From assembly GCA_964016885.1 (NCBI GenBank), contig CAXHJY010000257.1, positions 124,001-188,000 of the forward strand: a stretch of DNA of 64,000 bases, in the 5' to 3' direction. This stretch comes from Eledone cirrhosa (Eukaryota). Each line of letters starts with the position of its first letter. The stretch's first letter is position 1. Below the pieces are notes generated by a model. It searched no databases, was not told the origin of the DNA, and was given only the letters and a program-made list of their open reading frames with translations. Positions 53,290 through 64,000 of the stretch are shown one piece after another. A program made the position numbers and the translations under genes.

Positions 53290-55438
53290 TGCCATCACCG
53301 ACACTGATAAGAAGGTAGCTTGGAAGTGTCACTATGAAAGGCTACTAAATGAGGAGAATAAATGGGAGAAAGACAGTCTCCCCCATATCGACCCGATAGA
53401 GGGACCAGCAGTGTTAGTCGAGGGGAGTATAATAAGTAAGGCAATCAAGGATATGAAGACGGGTAAGGCGGCTGGGCCTTCGGAAATAGTTGCTGAGATG
53501 CTGAAGGCATCTGGCACGGTGGGACACACCATGGTCACCCGCATAGTTAACCAAGTCGTACAGAATGGGGTTGTTCCGAAGGACTGGCATAGCAGCATCA
53601 TCGTTAACTGTTATAAGGGTAAAGGAGACGCCCTAGATAGGAGTAACTATAGAGGCATTAAATTAATCGACCAGGTCATGAAGGTCACGGAAAAAGTAAT
53701 AGCGCAACTAATCAGAGAGAATTGACCTAGATGAAATGCAGTTCGGGTTTGTGTCAGGCAAAAGCACCACAGACGCTCTTTTCATAGTACGACAACTACA
53801 GGAGAAGTACCTAGCTAAAGGTAAACCCCTCTACTTAGCTTTTGTCGACCTGGAGAAAGCCTTCGACAGAGTCCCCCGCTCCATTATCTGGTGGGCTCTT
53901 AGAAAACTAGGCGTTGACGAATGGCTTGTGAGGGCTATACAAGCCATGTATAAAGAAACAGTCAGCAAGGTTAGAATTAACAACGAATATAGTGAAGAGT
54001 TTAGCGTAAAAGTTGGCGTCCATCAGGGCTCTGTTCTCAGCCCCCTACTATTTATTATTGCCCTTCAGGCTATAACAGAGGAGTTCAAGACAGGCTGCCC
54101 ATGGAAACTCCTATACGCAGACGACCTGACACTCATAGCGGAATCAATGGCCGAGCTAGAGAAGAAATTCCAAACATGGAAGCACGGCCTAGAGTCAAAA
54201 GGACTTAAAATTAACCTGGCTAAGACCAAAGTTCTAGTTTGTAGGAAAGAAAACAAGGCGGCGGTCCCTTCTGGGAAATGGTCGTGCTCGGTATGTAGGA
54301 AAGGCGTAGGTAGAAACTCCATCTTATGTCCTAAATGCAAAGTATGGGTGCATAAAAGATGTAGTGGGATCACAGGTAAGCTAACTAAGAACATAGACTT
54401 TACATGTGGCCGGTGTTCTGGTGCAATAAGTAGCAGCAAGTGCCCACAAAATACTATCTCTTTCAATTGCGCAGAGGGTTCTATAGAAATAGTGGACAGC
54501 TTCCGTTACCTGGGCGATAAAATCAGCAGTGGGGGAGGGTGCTCTGAAATTACTGTAGCTAGAGTCAGAACTGGTTGGAAAAAGTTCAGAGAGCTTATAC
54601 CACTATTAGCTGCTAAAGGGTTCTCCCTAAAAATGAAAGGCAGGTTGTACGATGCCTGCATACGAACAGCAATGTTGCATGGTAGTGAGACCTGGGCATT
54701 GTGTGCAGAGGATATACGCAGACTAGAGAGGAACGAAGCTTGCATGCTCCGCTGGATGTGTAACAGTAATATACGTGAACGGCAAAGCATAAACGAACTA
54801 AGGAAAAAATTAGAGATAAGAGGGATCAGATGTTGTTTACTCGAGAGAAGGCTGCGTTGGTATGGACACGTGACGCGCATGAAAGTCGATAGCTGTATTA
54901 CAAAGTGCAGGGCAATAAAGATAGACGGTAGCCACGGAATAGGCAGACCTAGAAAAACATGGGATGAGCTGATAAACTCCGACCTCACACACTTACACCT
55001 CTCCAAGACAATGTCACTGGACCGAGACCTTTGGCGGTACTCAGTAACAGAGAAGACCCGCCTTGCCAGTAGGCATCTCTAACAAAATACACCCCGTCCC
55101 ACCACCACCCCCACCCCATCCACACCACCCCGTTCTATGTAAAGTTATGTTGGTGCCGCGCCATCCAGGCCGAAACAAATGAGATCGTGTAGGTGTCACG
55201 ACAAAAAAACACACAGTCCACGCTGTAATGTGGCCGTGTAGGCAACACGGTAAAAACCTCCCAGACCCACACTGTAAATGTGGTTGGTGTTAGGAAGGGC
55301 ATCCAACTGTAGAAAACCTGCCAGACAGTCCTATGCGAGCAAGACAATCACTCTTGCCTCAAGTGGGACTACCCCCGTCCAAACCCATGCAAGCGTGGAA
55401 CACGGACGTTAAACGTTGATGATGATGATGATGATGAT
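53289..55438 (+). mobile_element. 5'-truncated RTE family B copy with RT (one frameshift near 53720)
   Basis: ORFs to 53725 and 53736-55082 ([17 protein letters not shown]); 3' UTR; (GAT)n tail. Confidence 0.92.
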
Positions 55439-55496
55439 ATATATATATGGATATGATATATATATATATGTATGTATATATATATATATGGATATG

Positions 55497-55528
<32 letters not shown>

Positions 55529-55841
55529 GTATGTATATATATATATATATGTATGTATATATATATATATGAATATGTATATATGGATATCTATCTATAC
55601 ATATATATCAAAATCTAGCTGTCGTCTGTTCTACAGCGTAGATGTAATTCACTTCGCGCAGAAGTTTTGTTCAAATTTATTGCGGAAATTTTGTAAGTTC
55701 AATTTTAATTTTGATACTATTGTGTAGCTAGACTCCCCGTCTGAACTGTCAGGCGGTGCGTCAGCTCATCTTTGCCCTTCCTAGGGGTGAAAAACCTGTT
55801 TTTAAAAATTTTGTGGCATAAAATTTCAATCGTCTGACAGA

Positions 55842-57715
55842 AATGTTAAACAAAGCTAACGAAAATAGTGGTGGGGGGACAGCGGTAAGAGTTATAAGCT
55901 CGCACGCTTTAGTCCCCCCTTCCTTCCCAACTAACGTCATAGAGAAGGAAAGAAAAAATAAAATAAAAACAGAATAATGTGCGGAGAAAAATGACGAAAA
56001 AACAAATCTGGACATTGATTCCAACAACAAAAAAAAATTTGAAAAATTGCATGACAATATTAATACCACAAACAAAGACACAACAAACACAAAAATAACA
56101 TTTGAAAACAACATCATAACAGAAAGCAAAGCAGACGACAAAGTCAACACCAATAATATTTCATTTGCACAAACAACAAAGAAATCTTTGACATATATAC
56201 CTGAAAATATTTCAGATGTGGCACAAAGAATTAAAAACGCCAAACAATACATAACTCAAGGGGAAAATGGTACTTTATCGGTAAAAATGCCTCAAGAACT
56301 CACCAAAGACATTGAAAGTCGGACGGTCGTTTTCCGCACCATCAACAACATCTCTAAAAAACCTCAACAACCAACACAAACAGAAATTAAAGTAGTACTT
56401 ACAGAAGTACTTAATGAAACCACTTTCATAAGAAGAGACAGACTATGGAAGCCTAGCGATTATTATGAAGAACGAATCGGCGGCAAAAAAATATGCTTTG
56501 TCGCCGATTCGTTCGACAAATTTTACCTTTTATCCATCTTATATGGGTAAAAGAACTCAGCGCATATGGCTAGATGCGATGATGCCAGATGTGGACTACT
56601 GCTGGCTCATAGCTGGCTTCATCGATCCAGCGAATGACGTGATTTCCATTGGGAAAACCACAGGCAATGCGTTCAGTGGAAAATGAAGCCTGAATGCATT
56701 GCCCAAATACCCGACAGAATCCTATTAGAGGGCCACGGGTATATAAACATTAGCGTGGAGGGGAGAAGGCCGTCCTGTCATATCTGTGCAGGCAGAGGGC
56801 ACCTGAAGGCGGCTTGTTCCCAACTCAACAAGAAGAAAACCCTGCTACCAACACCAGCTCCACCACCACCACAACAGATAAACAAACAACAAAACTCAGT
56901 CCCACCCAACCCGTCCCTCAGTAAAACTACACCACCACCACAACTACACCACCACCACAACACAAACAGTCACAACACATTACCCAAAAACAAAACACAG
57001 TCCCACCCAACCCCTCACTCAATAAAACAACACAACCACAACACATAACACAGTGACATCCATCTCCCCACAAAGAAAACCAACACGGAAACATTACCAG
57101 CAAACATACCTCTTCCCTCCAACACTGAAGATAACCCAACGAATTCGGAGGAAGAAACGGAGTCCTTCAGACAGATTAAAAGCAAAAAAAGAAAACATGT
57201 GCAAAATACAAGGCCAAACAACCCCTACCCAAATGTCAATACAATCCAACAAAACACAAAACACCCCTCCAGCAACAAACAAAACCAAACCTGCCCCTCC
57301 CCTCTTCGAAACACTCACACCATCCGAAAAAAAGACATTACACTATACTTACATCAACAGAAACAATAATAAATTAAATGAACTCATAAACAATAACCCT
57401 TCGGTACAAACCAAAGGTGTAAACTTTGTTTCTTCAGAAAACTACCCACATTTAAAATTAATAAAGATCCCAATGAACCTCTACCAAAAACTAAAAAAGG
57501 ATTTTAAGGAGGACGTAGGACCACCCTCTGTCAAACCCATAAACCGCGCCCTACTAAAAAGCTTTCCCCCTCCCCTTCCCCTCCCCAACACAACTCCAAA
57601 CACCCCAACCCCACCACACACTGACGACCCCACACCACCACAAGACACCCCTTCACCCAACACCCCCGACCCCATGGAAGTCGTGCGACCCGAACCCCGG
57701 GAAGCAGAAAGGTAG
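55842..57715 (+). pseudogene. Tx1-like ORF1 (gag-like, CCHC zinc knuckle), frameshifted
   Basis: VEGRRPSCHICAGRGHLKAAC knuckle then a Pro/Thr-rich tail; split across several frames; start uncertain. Confidence 0.7.
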
Positions 57716-57748
57716 GTCTCTACACTCTCCTTTGGCTTTGCCGCCCAC

Positions 57749-60700
57749 ATGGATGTGTTAAGAATAGGATGTTTGAATGCACGTGGCCTGGGCTCAACTT
57801 GGAAGCAAGCAAAGCTTCTAAATGACCTCGGGTCACGTGGTATAAATGTAATGGTTATCTGTGAGACTCGGATCAGCGTCGTGCGGCAGCTGGCCCCTAC
57901 CTTCGATGACTTTGAGGTGCATGCATCTCTCTGTCAATGTGGAGGTGGGGTTGTCGTACTGCTGGAAAAACACTTGGGTCTCGCCGTACAGGTTGTTCAC
58001 TCGGACCCGGAGGGTCGTTTGTTGGTGCTAGACGTTGGCAGTAGTGAAGGTGCGGCCTTCGCAGCTGAACGACCCAACTTCTTCCAGCGTCTGGAGACTT
58101 TTCTGGCAACGTCGCGTTCCCTGCTTCTAGCGGGGGATTGGAATGACATCCTAGATGCACGTTGGGACTATGCAGGAGCATGTCCTAATAGAGGGGGTGT
58201 AACAGCCTCAAGGGGTTACTCGACCGTTTTAACTTGGTCGATAGATATCGACTAGATTTTCCAACTGTGCCAACCTGGACTTGGACGAACCACAGTGGTC
58301 AATCTAGATCGTACTTAGATAGATTCTTAGTTAGAAGTAAGGATAGGGACATATTAAGCTGTCCAGAAATGCTCACGGTTGGCTATACGGATCACAAATT
58401 AGTGACCTGCGTAGTCAATCTCGAGAAAACACATAAACAGGGTCCCGGTTACTGGAAACTTAATTTGTCTTTACCGGCAAAAGAGACTTAGAGAAACTGG
58501 ATTAGCAGATTAGTTAAGGAGAGGTTGACTGGTGCAATCGTCAACAACCGATGGTGGGCATCTCTCAAAAGAGAGATTAGAACAGAATCAATAAGTTATA
58601 GCTGCCGATAGGAATAGAAACGAGAAAGAATTAACAGGTAAATTAGAAGAGGCAACCAAGAGCGAAGATGTGGCCAGAGTGCTGGCATCGAGGACGGCCT
58701 TGAGCCAGTTTTTCGATGCAAAGCACGAAGGCTGCGTCATTCGAAGTAAAATACGTGCTCTAGGTAATGAGGGAGCCAAAGCCGTTGGCTGGGCCCGCGT
58801 GACAGAAGCTAAGAGTGGAAATCGATCCACCATCCGGTCTTTGCAAGACGAGGATGGACGGGTGATCCGGGAGCCTAAGCAGATGTGCGAGGCCTTTCAA
58901 AGACACTTTGCCCGATTATTCGGGGGAGGCGAGGGTCCGGGCGGGGACGTGGATTTTGGTCCATACCTCGACGGCCTGCCGCGTCTCTCGAGCGAAGAGG
59001 CAGAGTCCTGCGAGGGACCAATCTCGGCTGATGAGATCGGGGATGCGCTGAGCCAATGCAGCAGACGCAAATCTCCAGGTCTCGATGGTATACCTTACGA
59101 ACTTTATTTAGCAATGCCGGTCTTCTCCGAACTCCTCGAAGCGGTCTACTGCAATTGGCAGCAGAACGGGAGAATTCCTTGTTCTGTAGCCAAGGGTGTA
59201 GTATAAATAATTTTCGGCCCATAACCCTGCTAAACACAGAGTTAAAGATTTTGGCCAAGGTGTTAGCAAAGAGGTTGGCGCTTGTCGTGGGTGGCCTGGT
59301 GGGAGATGCGCAGACATGTGCTATCCCATCCAGGTCCATTCACGATAACCTCCACCTCATGCGATACATCATAGAGAGGGTTGGCAACAAACCTGGCTTC
59401 GGTGGGACCCTGATCAACTTGGATCTGTCTAAGGCGTTCGATAGGGTCGACCATGGTTACCTGGATGCGGTGCTAGCGGCGGCTGGGTTCAGTCCTGTTT
59501 TCAGAGGCTGGATCACTGCCTTACATAGCAACCACATCTGTTCTAGGATCAAGGTGAACGGCTACCTTTCGAAGCCGTTCGAAATCACACGATCCATTCG
59601 ACAGGGGTGCCCTCTCTCCTCCCTTCTGTACGTATTGACTCTTGAGCCTTTACTGAGGAAGTTGGAGTTGTTGCAGGGTATCCCCCTGGAACCAGGATTG
59701 AGCAAAGTGGTGTCGGCCTACGCCGATGACGTAACAGTAATGGTATCGACCGACTCGGAGATCGAGGCGATTGGTACCTTAATGGAGGATTACGAAAGGT
59801 TGTCAGGAGCGAAACTGAACCGAGAAAAATCCATCGGGCTGCAACTCGGAACGTGGAGAGGCAGACCGATGCCTCCCGACGGTGTCGTCGGACACTGGAC
59901 GGAGGGCCCGGTGAAGTTGCTTGGGGTCTGGTTTGGACCGGACCCCCAGGTGGAAAAGAACTGGGACGAGGTTACGAACAAGGTGTTTGCACTAACCCAG
60001 AAATGGGCCAAGTGTAAGCTGTCCCTAAAAGGTCGGCCGGAGGTGGCGAACATTTACATAGTGTCCGTCACTTACTACCGCCTGACTGTCGTGCCTTGCC
60101 CTAAGGAAACGCTCACCACCATGGAACGCATGCTCTTTCAATTTCTTTGGAAGAAGCGCCCTCCTATGGTGAGAAGATCCATCTGCTGCCAACAACCTTC
60201 GAAAGGAGGGCTGGGGATGCCGTGGTTGATGATGCGTAGGCACGCATTAAGGCTACGGCACCTACAGGTATTCCTCACTGGTCAACCGGTGTGGGCTCCG
60301 TTCGTGAAACGAGCCTTTCCGAGACTCGTCTCGCTCACCGAGCTGCAGTCCTGGGTCAAGCAAAGACCCGGAAAACTGGGAGACTGGCACACTGAGTGTG
60401 CCCAGGCGCTCAGGGCTCTCTGGCAAGCGGGCCCGGCCATCGGTGGAGAATCCACCTCATCATTCTATAGAGGGCTGGTGGCTAGCAGGGGCGATGACAC
60501 CCTTGGAGAGTCGCTGGACATGGACGAGCTGGCCAGCCTGTTCGGTAGGACTTTCGGCCCGGGACCAATGGACAACTTCCAGAAGTCACTAGCCTGGCAG
60601 TGCTACCGGGGGGCTCTACCCGTTCGAGAGAGGCTCTACAGACACGGGCGCCCGGGCAGGGATCCCTCGAAAAAGATTTGCCCTAGATGCGTGCGTCACG

Positions 60701-61044
60701 AAGAAACTGTTGCGCATGCATTGGTGCAATGTCCGGGCGTGGCTGATCTGTGGGGCTACGCCGAACAACTGCTGTCGCGGGTGGCGCTGATTCGATTGAC
60801 CGCCGATTCCGTGGTGACAATCAAACCGCCTCCCCTCTTCACAAAGGAAGCAAAGGCGGTTTTTCTGTGCGTAATAGCCATGTTGAAAGAGGTTGTTTGG
60901 TGGACACGATTGAAAGGTCTGAGGTCAGGCAACTTCCTCTTTGGCCATAGTCTGGTCTACTTCTTCCGATATCACTTCGGAAGAAGGATAAGAATGGAGA
61001 GAGAGAGGTGCTTGGCCACAGGCAGTTTTATGAAAGGTGGGTGA
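57749..61044 (+). pseudogene. Tx1-like ORF2 (APE, RT, C-terminal CCHC), frameshifted
   Basis: CLNARGL, GDWN, SYLDRF, TDH, GPGYWKLN, KSPGLDG, FRPITLLN, DLSKAFDRV, RQGCPLS, AYADD, GGLG, CPRC...H...C. Confidence 0.9.
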
Positions 61045-61696
61045 TAGTGGCGAGAATGGCTCGTGTAAATGGGCCTTCTCTGTATACCATCCTGTAGGTA
61101 AAGAAGTGAAGAAGAGGGGAGCACCTTCTCCATGTGCTCCCCGGGCAAAGGATTGCACACTTTTTCGGGGGTGTGTGCAACCCCCATCACGTCCCCTCCC
61201 TTTTGAGGTTGTTTTCGATTATTTTCATTTTATACCCTTTTTACTCGGTTTTATGTAAACTCCCCCTTTGTATTTGTCCCTTCTTTTTATGCCTTTATGG
61301 TAAATAAAGAAATATATCTATCTATATATATGTGTATATGTACATATGGATATCTATATATATATATGTATATATGTGTATATGTACATATGGATATCTA
61401 TCTATATATATATATGTGTATATGGATATCTATCTATCTATATATGTATATATGTGTATATGTGTATATGTATATATGTGTATGTATATATATAAGTATA
61501 TATATATATGTATAGTGAAAGCGAGGAATATCCATCGTCAATTGTCTGCTAGGAATCGTAGGTATTTCTTCACGTTAGAGCAAGATACCTCAGTCTTGGG
61601 CGAACTATAACTAAAATAAGTTATTGGGATAAAAAAGGGGGTGGGGTGAGCGAAAGAGAGGAATATCCATCTATTTATATATATATATATATATAT

Positions 61697-62438
61697 TTCT
61701 TTAGGTTTATTGGTTCACCACTGGATAGAATTGGTCATTCCGTATAGTCAATCTTGGTGTAATATTGTGGAGAGTACTCAACGTAGTGCAGTTCACCCGT
61801 CTTCGTTTGTGTAGTTGGTGGTGCGAATATGGAGTTAATTATAAATAAAATAATAGGAGGCTGGACTGGTGTAAATCCTTGAAAGGTGTATTATACTATG
61901 ATCATTTCAATTTTTTAATTTAATTTCATGCTATAACGCGTAACATAAGTTTAACGTTCCAATTTTCGGTTCACACATTAGACCATACAGACACCCATTA
62001 TATATGCCTTTGTTAAATATAGATTCTTTGGAGTAGCATTTTTCGCGGCGTTTTCTAGCATGACTGTAGTGTGACCATTATGCTGACTTCTTTCTTCCTT
62101 TTTTTTTTCTTCTTTCTTCCTTTTTTTTTTCTTTCTTCCTTTCTTCCCTTGACGGGGAGGTGGTAGTGCATTATAAGCCTTCGCTCCCTCACCAGATGGT
62201 CATTAGTAGATTGAGTTGCCATCACTTTGAGGGCGACTGGCCGAGGTGAAGGCAGCTAGTTGGTCAGTCGACCTCTTTGTCTCTGTCTCTGATTTTTCGG
62301 ACCCATGGTTTTTTACATATTCCTTTGTTATATTCCAATACCTGATGATATCACCGGATTCATATGAAACCTGGTCATTGAAATGATCATAGTATAATAA
62401 ACCTTTCAAGGATTTACAGCAGTTCAGCCTCCTGTTAT

Positions 62439-62448
<10 letters not shown>
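61697..62448. mobile_element. Small head-to-head PLE pLTR remnant with a ~70-bp inverted repeat
   Basis: 61841-61911 is the reverse complement of 62377-62447; hammerhead-like motif at 62332-62384; TA tracts on both sides. Confidence 0.65.
62332..62384 (+). ncRNA. Degenerate type I hammerhead ribozyme
   Basis: attccaat(ac)-CUGAUGA 62342-62348-atc(accg)gat..-GAAA 62366-62369-cctg-GUC-attgaaat. Confidence 0.6.
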
Positions 62449-62469
<21 letters not shown>

Positions 62470-62819
62470 CTATATGAATATATATGTGTATATATATATA
62501 TATTTATTTTTTTATATATATATGTGTATATATATATATATATATATGTGTGTATATATATATATGTGTGAGTGTATATATATATATATGTGTGTATAAA
62601 TGTGTGTATATATACATATGTATGTGTATATATATGTGTATATGCATGCATATATAATATATATATATATATATATGTGAAAGTATATATATGCGTATAT
62701 ATATATATATTTATGTGTATATTTATATATTTGTGTGTATATATATATGTATGTGTATATATATATATATATATATGTATGTGTATATATATATGCGTAA
62801 GTGTATATATATATATGTC

Positions 62820-62946
62820 CCTCCCCCCGTGAAGAATGCACCTCCCAACATAGCCTTATAGTTAGTGACCTCATAGTCGGGACTAGACATACTCGATGAC
62901 AGAGGAGAATTTTGAGGAGAAGAATATGGAAGTTGAAGGACCCCAT
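62820..62946 (+). mobile_element. Isolated internal RTE family B fragment (end of the APE domain)
   Basis: encodes [30 protein letters not shown], homologous to ~35220-35345 (-). Confidence 0.8.
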
Positions 62947-63248
62947 GTGTATATATATATCTGTATATATACATATATATGTGTATATGTATAGTCTTTT
63001 ACTCTTTTACCAATTATATATATGTATATATATATACGGGGCACTGCCCCGTATATATATACATATATATAATTGGTGTTGGATGCTTAAAGCGTCCGTA
63101 AGCGGTAGGCCGTTTGAGCACTCCATGCTCTTACAGAGCAGAGTATGATATCACATGTGTGTGTGTGTGTGTATATATATATGTGTGTGTGTGTATATAT
63201 ATATATATATGTGTATATATCTATGTATATATATATATATATATATAA

Positions 63249-63848
63249 ATGAAAAACAAGGGGAGAGGAATACTGCGTGGTTGCACATGGATTACATATT
63301 ATAAAATTAGTCCCTCATCAGGGATTTGCCAACCATCATTGGTATTTCATCGCATTAAAAATCAGATACCTCAGGTTGGTGCGAGCAATAACTAAAATAA
63401 GCTATTGAGACAAGTGAAACGCGTAAAGCGAGTGAGACAAGTAAACAACAGAAGGAAAAGCAAACCGAAGGTTGGGAAAACAGCAAGCAATCATGATAGT
63501 TATCTGATCAGCATAAGCTGGGTGAATTTCATGAACGGTCAGAGACGCAGACCGTTCGCCGTGAATGCGGTGTGAGAAAGAAGGAACCCTACTACTAGCG
63601 AACGGGAGGAAATTAGAAGGGGAGAAACAGAGTGAGTGAGTGGAAGTGCGAGGAAGAGGTCAGTCGAGAGAAGGTGTAACTGACAGAGAGGGTGAAAGAA
63701 GGTAAGAGAAACAGAGAGAACGGGGGAGCAGTAAGAGAGAAAGAGAGAAACAGATAATCACAGTCTAGGTAAATATATATGAAAAACAAGGGGAGAGGAA
63801 TACTGCGTGGTTGCACATGGATTACGTATTATAAAATTAGTCCCTCAT
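63249..63848 (-). mobile_element. ~530-bp non-coding unit with a 70-bp terminal direct repeat (pLTR/retrozyme-like)
   Basis: 63249-63318 equals 63779-63848; CUGAUGA half-core on the minus strand; related fragment at ~61515-61670. Confidence 0.5.
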
Positions 63849-63885
63849 GTATATATACGCATATATATATATATATATATATATG

Positions 63886-64000
63886 TCATCATCATTTAAC
63901 GTTATCTTCCATGCTAGCATGGGTTTAGACGGGAGTTGTCCTACTTGAGGCAGGTTTTCTATGTCTGGATGCCCTTCCTAACATCACCCACGTTTACAGT
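63886..64000 (-). mobile_element. RTE/SINE-type 3' tail (continues past the window)
   Basis: (CAT)n-tttaacg..ccatgctagcatgggtt..ggatgcccttcctaaca. Confidence 0.75.

Larger units (their letters stand above)
55609..61312 (+). mobile_element. Full-length decayed Tx1/L1-clade LINE
   Basis: two-ORF layout; AATAAA at the 3' end; similar atatctatctata sequence at both flanks. Confidence 0.88.

Noticed and set aside
63416-63425. gaaacgcgta, resembling hammerhead stem III on the + strand
   Set aside because: No upstream CUGANGA or stem I partner on that strand

Overview
Eukaryotic, AT-rich, gene-poor window made almost entirely of retrotransposons nested in irregular (TA)n tracts. The SINE and MITE types suggest an octopod cephalopod (inference). 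It holds: at least six Penelope-like element (PLE) families (Naiad-like, Neptune-like and others), most with a recognisable type I hammerhead ribozyme in the pseudo-LTR and several with inverted architecture; three RTE LINE families, two with intact ~1000-aa APE-RT ORFs and all with a PHD finger inside the RT domain; a decayed full-length Tx1/L1-clade element; three copies of a chimeric tRNA-SINE; and an old Nin-SINE, a MITE and a Helentron-like element. No confident host gene was found. The long Y/I-rich ORFs are microsatellite artefacts. Most notable: a ~3.1-kb fold-back Naiad palindrome, an inverted pLTR segment that starts exactly at a predicted hammerhead cleavage site, a hammerhead with a 114-nt stem II, a strand-polarised TA landing pad, and a LINE-derived SINE whose two donor families are both in the window. 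All calls were made by eye. Clade names and ribozyme activity are unverified.
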